Below, one piece after another: positions 1 through 8,394 of a stretch of DNA of 32,000 nucleotides. The notes beneath the pieces are model-generated. The model was not told where the DNA came from. It did no database searches and saw only the letters and a list, made by a program, of their open reading frames with translations. Position 1 is the first letter of the stretch. The number at the start of each line of letters is the position of its first letter. The stretch comes from Bdellovibrionales bacterium (GTDB lineage: Bacteria > Bdellovibrionota > Bdellovibrionia > Bdellovibrionales > UBA1609): NCBI GenBank assembly GCA_965247685.1, contig OZ252021.1, forward strand, positions 480,001 through 512,000, in the 5' to 3' direction. The translations under genes were made by a program, and so were the position numbers.

Positions 1-398
1 AAAGACTTTTTCCCTATCAAATTATCCCTTGTCCTGCAGCTCCACAAGATCGATCTCTATGGGATATTCTACTTCAAAAAAAGACCTCTCCTTTAAATGA
101 TATAAAAGATCACAGCTTTTACTGGGCTCAAGCTCTCAGCCAAAAAATAAAATACCCTGTTGAAAATATTTTAGCCCACCCTCCTTATTACTCACTTCAA
201 AAACACAAAGATCTCTATAATAGACAAGGGAGGAAGTTTATTTTGAACAATAAAGTGAGTCCCCATCAAAACTACATATTCACCGATGATATTGTCACCT
301 CCGGAGCAACAGCCAAGGCGGCTTATCGTGCCTTAGGAAAACCTTCCTCTTTTATGGTTTGGAGTATTTTTTGGAAGAAAAAGGACTTTTCCTCTTAA
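1..398 (+). CDS. ComF-family phosphoribosyltransferase-domain protein, C-terminal part (5' end lies outside the window)
   Basis: Frame 3 is open from the window edge to TAA at 396-398. The translation ends ...NYIFTDDIVTSGATAKAAYRALGKPSSFMVWSIFW, which carries the PRTase PRPP-binding loop (DD-x-x-T-S-G-A-T) near the C-terminus as in ComF/ComFC proteins. It is absent from the ORF track because it has no start codon in the window. Confidence 0.6.
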   Translation, partial: RLFPYQIIPCPAAPQDRSLWDILLQKKTSPLNDIKDHSFYWAQALSQKIKYPVENILAHPPYYSLQKHKDLYNRQGRKFILNNKVSPHQNYIFTDDIVTSGATAKAAYRALGKPSSFMVWSIFWKKKDFSS

Positions 399-428
399 CG
401 AGAAAAACTTAATCAAAGAATTTTTATC

Positions 429-1061
429 TTGAAATCCAAAAGATTCAAAACTAATACTAAAACAAGTATGCAAAATCTAGTATTTATTTTTATTGTTTTC
501 TTCTCTTTTTTTACAAACTCTCAAGATTTAAAATCTCAAAAACAAACTCAAGCTTCAGAAATTTATAAAGTTCTGAATCACTATCAAAAGAAAGATTCTA
601 TTGTGATGGAAATTGACAAAAAATTTTCTCAGCCTTTTTTAAAAAAAGAAACTCAATCTAAAGGAAAGTTTTATTTCTCAAAGAGTCTTTGGAGGTTAGA
701 GCTTTTTTCCACTCAAAAAACACAAATAATCTATGATGGAAAACATATCATCTACAAATTAGGTAATAATGTATCGCATTATACCCCCTCTTCCCAGTAT
801 AATATTTTACCATCTTTGTTTAATCAGAAAGTGTTTACCCAAACATTCAAATATCAAGAGCGGACTCAAAAAGGTCGAACTTATATTTATTCTTTCAGTG
901 GAACTCCTCCATCTCCTCCAAAAATATCCATTCAAATTGAAAAAGACCGTATTTTAAGCCTTCTCATTCAACTTGAAGAACCTTTGGGAGAAGAATATTA
1001 TCGCTTTTCATCCATTCAGTTTAATCAAAATCTTTCTAAAAAGTTGTTTCAAGAGCCTTGA
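429..1061 (+). CDS. LolA-like outer-membrane lipoprotein carrier family protein (exported)
   Basis: The N-terminus has a basic n-region followed by a hydrophobic stretch (MQNLVFIFIVFFSFFTNSQ). The pattern FSQPF...KGKFYFSKSLWRLEL...QIIYDGKHIIY resembles the LolA signature (F-x-Q ... G-x-l-x-x-k-p-x-x-f-R-x-E ... DGk-x-l-w-x-Y). The start is uncertain: TTG at 429 or ATG at 468. Confidence 0.5.
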   Translation: MKSKRFKTNTKTSMQNLVFIFIVFFSFFTNSQDLKSQKQTQASEIYKVLNHYQKKDSIVMEIDKKFSQPFLKKETQSKGKFYFSKSLWRLELFSTQKTQIIYDGKHIIYKLGNNVSHYTPSSQYNILPSLFNQKVFTQTFKYQERTQKGRTYIYSFSGTPPSPPKISIQIEKDRILSLLIQLEEPLGEEYYRFSSIQFNQNLSKKLFQEP

Positions 1062-1103
1062 TTCCTTGCTTAACTTAGGGAATAAACAAGTAAAGAGAAT
1101 TTT

Positions 1104-2153
1104 ATGAATCTACCCCAATTATTTAAAAGAGTTCAGGAATACCTCACACAAGATATGGCTATCGATTTAGGGACAGCTAATACCTTAGTATACACAAAAT
1201 CCAAAGGCATTATTTTGAATGAACCCTCCGTAGTCGCTGTACAGAAGAATGCCGACAATCAAAACCGTGTCCTTGCTGTAGGAAAAGAAGCCAAACATAT
1301 GCTTGGTCGAACACCTGGCTCTATCATTTCTGTTCGTCCTATAAAGGATGGGGTGATTGCAGATTTTGAAATTACACAAAAAATGCTCAAATACTTTATT
1401 GATAAATCCAATAAAAACAGTCCTCGATTCATCCGCCCAAACATTATTATTTCTGTGCCTTATGGAATTACTCAAGTAGAAAAAAGAGCTGTCAAAGAAT
1501 CGGCTCTTTCTGCGGGGGCTCGTGATGTCTATCTGATCGAAGAACCTATGGCAGCTGCTATCGGGGCAGGTCTTCCAATTACAGAACCTACAGGTAACAT
1601 GATTGTGGACATTGGCGGGGGAACAACAGGTATTGCTGTGATTTCTTTAGGTGGAATTGTAGACTGCGAATCTATTAAAGTTGCTGGAGATAAATTCGAT
1701 GAATCTTTAGTTTCCTATGTCAGAAAAAAGTTCAACCTGCTCGTTGGAGAACGAACAGCCGAAAATATCAAAATTGCACTTGGAACGGCTTATCCAGGGA
1801 ATAAAGAAATCTTTATGGAAATTAAAGGACGTGACTTGATCAAAGGAACTCCTAAAACCATTGAAATCAGCAATCATCAAGTGAATGAAGCTTTGTTGGA
1901 TTGCCTCAAAGACATCATCAATGCTATTGGAAGAACTTTGGAAAAAACTCCACCGGAACTAGCTGCAGATATCGTCGATAGTGGAATTGTCCTCACAGGG
2001 GGAGGAGCTCTACTCGAAAATTTAGATATTTTATTAAGGGAAAAAACAGGATTACCCATTATTGTGGCAAAAAACCCTCTCCATTGTGTCGTTTTAGGGG
2101 CAGGGGAGGCTTTAGATCAAATTGAATTACTTAAAAGACTTTCTATCAACTAA
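1104..2153 (+). CDS. mreB: Rod shape-determining protein MreB (actin-like ATPase)
   Basis: The full-length 349-aa protein carries the MreB hallmarks DMAIDLGTANTLVY, EPSVVA, VRPIKDGVIADF, AVKESALSAGARDVYLIEEPMAAAIGAGLPI, MIVDIGGGTT and GIVLTGGGALL. Confidence 0.97.
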   Translation: MNLPQLFKRVQEYLTQDMAIDLGTANTLVYTKSKGIILNEPSVVAVQKNADNQNRVLAVGKEAKHMLGRTPGSIISVRPIKDGVIADFEITQKMLKYFIDKSNKNSPRFIRPNIIISVPYGITQVEKRAVKESALSAGARDVYLIEEPMAAAIGAGLPITEPTGNMIVDIGGGTTGIAVISLGGIVDCESIKVAGDKFDESLVSYVRKKFNLLVGERTAENIKIALGTAYPGNKEIFMEIKGRDLIKGTPKTIEISNHQVNEALLDCLKDIINAIGRTLEKTPPELAADIVDSGIVLTGGGALLENLDILLREKTGLPIIVAKNPLHCVVLGAGEALDQIELLKRLSIN

Positions 2154-2159
2154 TAAACT

Positions 2160-2876
2160 ATGATCCCCTCGCAGTGGAACTCTCTTATTCAAGCCATCAA
2201 GCAAACTACAAAGACTGTAAATAATAAGTTAGCTATTTTTGATGCAGATGGAACTTTATGGTCGGAAGATTTAGGTTATGATTTTTTTCACTATCAAATC
2301 AGCAAGAAACTTATTCTAAAACCTTCATGGATGGAGCAATTCGATAATATTTATAAAAACAATGCAGCTCAAATATGCGCTCAAATCGTACAGTGCAACG
2401 AAGGTGTTTTGCTCAAGGATTATCTCAGTTGGTTTCAAGACTTTTTGAAAGAAAAGCCAATCAATATCTTTTCTTTTCAAAAAGAACTCATCGATATTCT
2501 ACAAAAATTAGATGTTCAGATCTTTGTTATCTCCGCATCTCCACAATGGATCGTTCAAGAAGCCCTGAAATATTATAACTTCCCTATAAAGCAAACAATA
2601 GGTATTCAAACACAAATTGTTAATGAACGAATCACAGACCAACTCATCCCACCCCTCTCCATAAAAGAGGGTAAAGTAGAAGCTTTTTTAAATATCACAG
2701 ACGGTACTTATCCGTTTTTTGTTTCAAGTAATTCTATCTCTGATTTAGCTTTGCTGGAATCTGCAACTCATATTCGATGGGCAGTGATTAAAACTCAAGA
2801 AAATGAAAGGCAATATCAGTCTGAGCAAAAACTCCTAGCCTTTGCTAAAGAAAAAAACTGGTTCTATGTAGAATAA
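2160..2876 (+). CDS. HAD-superfamily hydrolase (subfamily IB-like)
   Basis: Motif I DxDxT is present (AIFDADGTLW). Motif II Ser is in FVISASP, followed by a later Lys (KEGKVEAF) and an acidic motif IV region (SNSISDLALL). It starts 7 nt after the mreB stop, so it is probably co-transcribed. Confidence 0.7.
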   Translation: MIPSQWNSLIQAIKQTTKTVNNKLAIFDADGTLWSEDLGYDFFHYQISKKLILKPSWMEQFDNIYKNNAAQICAQIVQCNEGVLLKDYLSWFQDFLKEKPINIFSFQKELIDILQKLDVQIFVISASPQWIVQEALKYYNFPIKQTIGIQTQIVNERITDQLIPPLSIKEGKVEAFLNITDGTYPFFVSSNSISDLALLESATHIRWAVIKTQENERQYQSEQKLLAFAKEKNWFYVE

Positions 2877-2897
2877 ACTTTAAGTTTAAAAAGTTTC

Positions 2898-3869
2898 TTA
2901 ATTCTCACCTTGAGTATGACTTAAAACTTTTTTAAGCAAAGAAGAAGGATTAATCGAAGTTATTTTTGTAAGAGAAAAAGATTTATACGATAAATCACTT
3001 ACTGTTTTTTTATTTTGAATTTGAATAAAAATATCATAGTGGGTGATAGAATGCTTTAAGTCATATTTTTTAGGAGTGGCTTCTAATTTTTGAATTTTTC
3101 CTGGAAACAGCCAACTACTTTTTAAAAAAGGACAGGCATGATTTTGAGTGAGAAAAACTTTACCTTTATTCAAAATCACTTGTGGTCTCCATAACCAAAT
3201 TTCTTTTTTTCTTCTGATTTTTTTCAGAGGAATCTGATCGATTGTTTTAAATTTTTTTGCTCGACAAGTTTTGCTTAGAGGACACCGAGTGCATGAGGGA
3301 GAATTCGGAGTGCAAATTGTAGCTCCAAGCTCCATAAAAGCTTGATTCATATCTCCAATAGGAAGATTTTGACTCCAAGTTTGAGCTATTTTTTCCATCT
3401 TGCATTTTTCTTTATTGCTCCACCAAGGAGTCTTTAAATTCTGATAACGGCAGAGAACTCGAATCACATTTCCATCTAAAACACTCACTCTTTCTCCAAA
3501 TGCAATAGAGCTTACAGCCTTTGAAGTATAAGGACCAAATCCTGGATATTTTTCAAGCTCTTGAGCTGTTTGTGGAATCTTTTTTTCTTTAAAAAAAATC
3601 TTTGCAGACTGATGTAAATTTTTAACACGAGAATAATATCCTAAACCAGCCCAATAAGGCAGAACATCTTTTAAAGAACTTTGAGCAAGAGACTTTAAAT
3701 TTGGAAATTTTTTTATAAATTTTTCATAATAAGGAATTACAGCCTGCACTGTTGTTTGTTGAAGCATCACCTCTGAAACCCATATAGCATAAGGATCAGA
3801 TACTCCTCTCCAAGGCATAGGTCTTTTGTGAGCTTGATACCATTTGAGTAGTTTTTGACCTTGATTCAT
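2898..3869 (-). CDS. mutY: A/G-specific adenine DNA glycosylase MutY
   Basis: It has the catalytic Glu motif WVSEVMLQQTTV, the HhH-GPD region, the Asp motif VLDGNVIRV and a 4Fe-4S Cys ligand set (CTPNSPSCTRCPLSKTC). A ~110-aa C-terminal extension is consistent with the MutT-like domain that distinguishes MutY from Nth. Confidence 0.9.
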   Translation of the reverse strand: MNQGQKLLKWYQAHKRPMPWRGVSDPYAIWVSEVMLQQTTVQAVIPYYEKFIKKFPNLKSLAQSSLKDVLPYWAGLGYYSRVKNLHQSAKIFFKEKKIPQTAQELEKYPGFGPYTSKAVSSIAFGERVSVLDGNVIRVLCRYQNLKTPWWSNKEKCKMEKIAQTWSQNLPIGDMNQAFMELGATICTPNSPSCTRCPLSKTCRAKKFKTIDQIPLKKIRRKKEIWLWRPQVILNKGKVFLTQNHACPFLKSSWLFPGKIQKLEATPKKYDLKHSITHYDIFIQIQNKKTVSDLSYKSFSLTKITSINPSSLLKKVLSHTQGEN

Positions 3870-3963
3870 TTTCTTTACTCTATAGCACTTTTCAAAAGAG
3901 AGTCCAGCCTTAGTAAAAAATAATATCTTTAAAAATCTCCTTGAAATATTTTCATAAAAAGTA

Positions 3964-3984
3964 TTTATTTAAGAAAATCTTAAA
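3964..3984 (+). repeat. Copy A of a shared 21-mer TTTATTT[A/T]AGAAAATCTTAAA, upstream of the transketolase-family gene
   Basis: TTTATTTAAGAAAATCTTAAA at 3964-3984 ends 16 nt before the GTG at 4001. It matches 25062-25082 at 20 of 21 positions in the same orientation. Confidence 0.4.
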
Positions 3985-4000
3985 TTAATAAGGATTCAAA

Positions 4001-5974
4001 GTGTCTCAGCTCTCTTCCAAATTTTCAAAAACACCTCAGTATTATAAAGAAGTTTCGTTGCTGAATGGGGAAAAACTCAAAGTATCCGATCCTAAAACAA
4101 TACGGGCTCTCATTGCTTTAATGAGCATGGAGGCTGTCTTAGGAGGAGCAGCATCCCATTGGGGAGGACCTTCTGCTTTTACAGAAATTGCTTCTGTTCT
4201 GACAGCCTTAATGTTTAAAAAATCTTCAAAATGGTATGAGCACTTTCATTTTATCAACGATGCCGGTCACTGTGAGAACGGGCTTTACGCAATAAAAGCT
4301 AATTACAATTACGCTCAACTTCGCATTGAAGATTTAAAAAAATTTCGATCTGTTTTGAGCTTTCTCACTGGTCATGGAGAGCACCATTTGTTTCCGGAAG
4401 GAGTTTATCTCAGCAACGGTCCTTTAGGCTCTACCCTCTCACAAGCTCAAGGACTTTGCTTAGCAGATAAATTACAAAAAAAAGAGCGGCTCACTATTGT
4501 GCTTGTATCTGATGGAGCTCTAATGGAAGGAGAAGCGAAAGAAGCTCTTGCGGCTATTCCCGGCTTAACTCAAAAAAATAAGATGAATCCTTTTTTACTT
4601 ATTGTCAGCGATAACAATACAAAATTGACAGGAAGAATTGATGAAGAAAGTTTTTCTATGAAGCCCACTCTTAAAAGTTTAAAACAACTAGGTTGGAACA
4701 CTGTTGATCTTCCCTCTGCCCATAACTTACAAGAAGTCACTGTCTGCTTAGAAAAAGCTATGGAACAATCTTTGAAAAGCCCTTCTGCTCCTGTTGCTCT
4801 TATTGCTCAAACTATTAAAGGCTATGGAAATCAAAAAACTCAAGAATCCTTGAATGGAGGTCATGGCTTCCCATTAAAAGATCCTCATGATCTTATCTCT
4901 TTTTTAAAAGAAATCTATCAAGAAGAAGTTATTCCAAAAGAATTTTTACAATGGACGCAGGAATTAATAAGAAAATTTGAACAAAAAAAATCTTCCTCAT
5001 CCACAACTCAAGATATTATAAAAGAAAAAGTTCAAGTGGGAATTTCAAAATCTATGATACAAAAAGCTCAAGAAGGTCTACCTATTGTTTCTATTAGCTC
5101 TGATCTTCCAGGCTCGACAGGAGTGATGAATTTTAGGAAACAGTTTCCCTCTCACTCTTTTGATATGGGAGTAGCTGAGGCCAATATGTTCAGTGTCGCT
5201 GCCGGTTTTTCTAAGCAGGGTTTTATTCCAGTTGTAGATACTTTTGCACAATTCGGAGTCACAAAAGGTGCTTTACCTTTGTTTATGGCCACTCTCTCTA
5301 ATGCCCCAGTGATCGCTATCTTGTCTCATGCTGGCTTTCAAGATGCCGCCGATGGAGCATCTCATCAATGCCTGACATATATTGCACAAACAGGAAGTAT
5401 TCCTAATACTCTGGTATACACTCTCAGTTCCAGTGAAGAAGCTTATCACCTTCTTTCCCAAGCTTTAGAAAATTTTCAAAAGAACAAGAAAAATTATATC
5501 TTCTTTCTTGGACGAGAAAACTTTCCTTCGACTTATTGTAAAAAACCATCTTATTCTTTAAACAAATCTCTGATTGTTTTCTCTCATATTCAAAATAAAA
5601 ACAAAGGATGTACTCTCGTTGCCACAGGCACTGTACTTTCTCAAACTTTACAAGCCGGACAAGCCCTAGCTCAACAAGGATGGAATATTCATGTTGTACA
5701 CTCAAGTATCATCAATGAACCCGATACTTCAACAATTCAAACTTGCCTTAAAGAAACTCAAGGAAATCTTCTAACCGTTGAAGATCATCAGATTAAAGGA
5801 GGAATGGGGGCTTTTCTCAATCAAGCTCTCACTTTAAAAGGTATAAAATATCAAATGCAATCTTTAGGAGTAAAAGGAAAATTTGGAAGAAGTGCTTACA
5901 AAGCCATCGAACTTTACCAACTTCATGCATTAGACAAAGATTCTATCATTCAAACCATCAAATCTAAATTTTAA
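4001..5974 (+). CDS. Transketolase-family ThDP-dependent enzyme in one polypeptide (N-terminal PP domain, Pyr domain and C-terminal domain)
   Basis: The start is GTG, preceded by AAGGA. Motifs seen are ASHWGGPS, NDAGHCENGLYA, GHGEHHLFPEGVYLSNGPLG, SDGALMEGEAKEALA (ThDP/Mg motif), SDNNTKLTG and GGHGFPLK. The Pyr-domain motif MGVAEANMFSVAAGFS includes the cofactor-activating Glu. The Pyr motif resembles the split (two-subunit) transketolase or DXS type more than E. coli TktA. Confidence 0.75.
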   Translation: MSQLSSKFSKTPQYYKEVSLLNGEKLKVSDPKTIRALIALMSMEAVLGGAASHWGGPSAFTEIASVLTALMFKKSSKWYEHFHFINDAGHCENGLYAIKANYNYAQLRIEDLKKFRSVLSFLTGHGEHHLFPEGVYLSNGPLGSTLSQAQGLCLADKLQKKERLTIVLVSDGALMEGEAKEALAAIPGLTQKNKMNPFLLIVSDNNTKLTGRIDEESFSMKPTLKSLKQLGWNTVDLPSAHNLQEVTVCLEKAMEQSLKSPSAPVALIAQTIKGYGNQKTQESLNGGHGFPLKDPHDLISFLKEIYQEEVIPKEFLQWTQELIRKFEQKKSSSSTTQDIIKEKVQVGISKSMIQKAQEGLPIVSISSDLPGSTGVMNFRKQFPSHSFDMGVAEANMFSVAAGFSKQGFIPVVDTFAQFGVTKGALPLFMATLSNAPVIAILSHAGFQDAADGASHQCLTYIAQTGSIPNTLVYTLSSSEEAYHLLSQALENFQKNKKNYIFFLGRENFPSTYCKKPSYSLNKSLIVFSHIQNKNKGCTLVATGTVLSQTLQAGQALAQQGWNIHVVHSSIINEPDTSTIQTCLKETQGNLLTVEDHQIKGGMGAFLNQALTLKGIKYQMQSLGVKGKFGRSAYKAIELYQLHALDKDSIIQTIKSKF

Positions 5975-5989
5975 TAGCAATGAAATATT

Positions 5990-6193
5990 TTAGTCAGATG
6001 AGTTTTGTTGCTTAGAATTTTCTTTTTTTTCAGAAGTTGCCTCTTGTGCGTTGGAGTCTGATTTATTAAGACCTTTTTTAAAATTACTCAAAGCCTCTCC
6101 TAATGAACGTCCTAAATCCGGAAGTCGTCTTGCTCCAAAAAGAAGTAAAACAATAAGTAAAATAATCAAAATTTGCCAAACAGATAAACTCAT
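5990..6193 (-). CDS. tatA: Twin-arginine translocase subunit TatA/E
   Basis: MSLSVWQILIILLIVLLLFGARRLPDLGRSLGEALSNFKKGL is the canonical TatA transmembrane helix, FG hinge and amphipathic helix. The track ORF extends to a TTG at 6229. The ATG at 6193 gives the usual TatA N-terminus. Confidence 0.85.
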   Translation of the reverse strand: MSLSVWQILIILLIVLLLFGARRLPDLGRSLGEALSNFKKGLNKSDSNAQEATSEKKENSKQQNSSD

Positions 6194-6284
6194 ACCACAT
6201 GACCTAACATGAGATGAAAAAAATAACAAAATATTTTTAGTTTTTTTCCTTTTTCAGACGAAATTGTTTTCAGAGTCGACTCTT

Positions 6285-6908
6285 TTAAACGATGCGGCCA
6301 TTTTTAATATGAATAATTTTTTGTGCTAAAGACTCTACATCCTCTTTATTATGAGAAACTAAAATAGCTGGAATTTGATAGTGCATAATAGTTTCTTTGA
6401 CCAACTTCAAAGCCCTTTTTCTATGCTCTTCATCTAAGGAGGAAAAAGGCTCATCTAAAAATAAAACTCGAGGTCTAATCACTAAACCACGTGCTAAAGC
6501 GACTCTTTGAGCCTCACCACGAGAAAGTTCATCTGCCCTTTGATTTCGACAATAAGAGATATTAAGACGTTCTAAAAGAGAATCTATTTCCTCTTTCCAA
6601 TTGGAAACTCGAGCACTTAATCCTGCAAAACGAATATTTTCATAAGCTGTCATATGAGGGAATAATTCTAAACTTTGAAATACAAAAGCTATTTTTCTCT
6701 CAGCAATTGGCAGTTGAGCCATATCTTGATCATGAAAAATCCATTCTAAAGAAGGACAGGAATCTAATCCAGATAGAATTCTTAAAAAACTTGTCTTTCC
6801 TGCTCCAGAAGAACCCACTAAGGCATTGACTCCTTGATCCAATAATTGAAGCTCTGGAATATGAATCTGAAAAGATGAATAATTTTTCTTTAGATGTCTA
6901 ATGATCAT
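6285..6908 (-). CDS. thiQ: ABC transporter ATP-binding protein, short ThiQ-type
   Basis: It has Walker A (GSSGAGKTS), a Q-loop, the signature LSRGEAQRV, Walker B (VLFLDEPFSSLD) and an H-loop (VSHN). At 207 aa it has no C-terminal regulatory domain, as in ThiQ. It is the last gene of a binding protein-permease-ATPase string in the same order as E. coli thiBPQ. Confidence 0.7.
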   Translation of the reverse strand: MIIRHLKKNYSSFQIHIPELQLLDQGVNALVGSSGAGKTSFLRILSGLDSCPSLEWIFHDQDMAQLPIAERKIAFVFQSLELFPHMTAYENIRFAGLSARVSNWKEEIDSLLERLNISYCRNQRADELSRGEAQRVALARGLVIRPRVLFLDEPFSSLDEEHRKRALKLVKETIMHYQIPAILVSHNKEDVESLAQKIIHIKNGRIV

Positions 6909-6910
6909 TT

Positions 6911-8380
6911 TTAGTTATCCTCTATGGGTTTTTCATCTTTTTTAAAAAAAAGAATATTTCTAAAAAATAAAAAACAAAAGCTTCCAACAAATAATAAAAT
7001 CCAAATCATCGACAGCCCTTGTTCTACTCGATATCGACCCAAAAGTTGTTGAGCTATTAAAGCAAGGTGTGTTTCTCCCTGAGCTGTAATCATTGTATAA
7101 GCAAAATCACCAGAAGCCCAGAAACTTGCAATACCTCCTAACATAAAAAATAATTGTTGACACTGAGGCCAAATAATTTTTCTAAAAATATCAAAAATAG
7201 AAGCCCCAAACGTTTGAGCCACTTGTATTTGACAGCTGAGACTCGACAACAAAGACTCTCCCACCCATCTGTATAAAGCAGGTAAAAATAAAATGATCAA
7301 GCCTAATACCCAAGATAAATAGACATAATGGGGCATAAAGATCAGAAAAGAAAAACCTGTTAAAACTACACTAGGTGCCATATATCCAATTAGAAATTTT
7401 TTAAGAAAAAATGAAGAATAACAAAAAGAAATAAGAATAAAACACAAAATGATTCCAAAACCCACCAATAAAGATAAAAATAATGTAGTGAAAAAAGCTT
7501 CAAGAAATCTTGGAATTTGAACCACTTCAGGGATATAAAATACTCCCTCTAAACATCCTAAAAACATCACCAGAGCAGGAGCTATTCCAAATAGAATAAA
7601 ATACTTAAAACCCATTTTAGGAATAGGTTTTAAATTTTTCAAAGAAGAGGTGGATTTAAAAATAAAAAATGATAATATAAATAGTGCAGAAATTTCCAAA
7701 AAGAGCAGCCCCAAAGCAACAGGCCAGTCTTTTGCAACTTTAAGGTACCGATAAACTGCCACCTCTAAAGTTTGACCGCTGGATCCTCCTATTAAAACAG
7801 GAATACTAAAACTGGTCACACAAAATCCAAAAACAGTCATTAAACCAAGCTGTATATCTTTTTTTAAAATTCCTCTTATTAAAATCCATAAAAATCTCCA
7901 GCGAGAAACTCCATGAACCCATGCCCATTCAAAGTAATGAGAAGCTTTAGAAAGAATAAGACGAGAAAAAATGACGGATAACCCTCCTGAGTAAGCAAGA
8001 GCATGAGCTAAAACAAGAGGAAATAACCCAAAAGGAACTTTTCCCATCATTTCTAGAATATTAATAAGACTGCCTGAAATTACTATTGACGGAACAAACA
8101 AAGGAAGCCAGTAAATCCACTCTAAAAAAGAATAGTAAGGTTTATTATAAAAATAAATAAGACCTAAGGTTGCAGGCAATGAAATAAGAAAACATAATCC
8201 TACACTTAAAGCCGCTTGCAATATTGTAAAGTAAACATAAGAAATCAGTTTGGAATATTGTGGAAATTCTAAGCCGCCCACTTGAAGAAAAAAAGCAATA
8301 AACGGAAAACTCACTCCGAATACAATAAAAAAAGGAAGAACACGAGAGAAAATAAAAGATAAAAATCTATGTCGTATCAT
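6911..8380 (-). CDS. thiP: ABC transporter permease, duplicated (about 12 TM) ThiP-type
   Basis: This 489-aa, very hydrophobic protein is about twice the length of a single binding-protein-dependent permease domain. It sits 2 nt upstream of the ATPase gene and 14 nt downstream of the ThiB-like gene. Confidence 0.7.
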   Translation of the reverse strand: MIRHRFLSFIFSRVLPFFIVFGVSFPFIAFFLQVGGLEFPQYSKLISYVYFTILQAALSVGLCFLISLPATLGLIYFYNKPYYSFLEWIYWLPLFVPSIVISGSLINILEMMGKVPFGLFPLVLAHALAYSGGLSVIFSRLILSKASHYFEWAWVHGVSRWRFLWILIRGILKKDIQLGLMTVFGFCVTSFSIPVLIGGSSGQTLEVAVYRYLKVAKDWPVALGLLFLEISALFILSFFIFKSTSSLKNLKPIPKMGFKYFILFGIAPALVMFLGCLEGVFYIPEVVQIPRFLEAFFTTLFLSLLVGFGIILCFILISFCYSSFFLKKFLIGYMAPSVVLTGFSFLIFMPHYVYLSWVLGLIILFLPALYRWVGESLLSSLSCQIQVAQTFGASIFDIFRKIIWPQCQQLFFMLGGIASFWASGDFAYTMITAQGETHLALIAQQLLGRYRVEQGLSMIWILLFVGSFCFLFFRNILFFKKDEKPIEDN

Positions 8381-8394
8381 ACTGTATCATCAGA

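Noticed and set aside
769-957. Nested or antisense track ORFs (769-957, 1185-1475, 1259-1444, 1877-2059, 2375-2578, 5273-5461, 5424-5705, 14487-14693, 16061-16258, 18453-18638, 18501-18731, 18701-18883, 19407-19595, 22407-22622, 24207-24401, 30429-30623, 30494-30679)
   Set aside because: All lie inside, or antisense to, confidently identified genes. They have low-complexity or odd composition and no motifs. They are typical shadow ORFs of AT-rich DNA.
2877-2897. AT-rich imperfect inverted repeats between convergent genes (2877-2897; 25511-25540) and the hairpin CTAAAAG-N15-CTTTTAG (about 16893-16921) as intrinsic terminators
   Set aside because: The stems are 6-7 bp of almost pure A/T, with bulges or large loops and no clear U-tract. 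This is not enough to call terminators.
3941-3969. Sigma-70-like promoters (TTGAAA-N17-TTTATT upstream of the transketolase gene; TTGACA at 17443-17448 upstream of dnaX)
   Set aside because: The -10 hexamers or the spacing are poor (15 or 21 nt for the dnaX candidate). Such hexamers are abundant by chance in DNA this AT-rich, so they cannot be supported without transcript mapping.
4001-5974. Possibility that the transketolase-family protein is catalytically dead or a novel enzyme
   Set aside because: The ThDP/Mg motif, the conserved His-bearing blocks and the cofactor-activating Glu all appear present. It looks like a functional transketolase-family enzyme of the fused 'split-type' architecture, and substrate specificity cannot be judged by eye.
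6272-6283. 12-nt palindrome AGAGTCGACTCT abutting the thiQ stop codon
   Set aside because: With a feasible loop, only about 4 bp of stem remain. It is not a credible terminator and too short to distinguish from chance.
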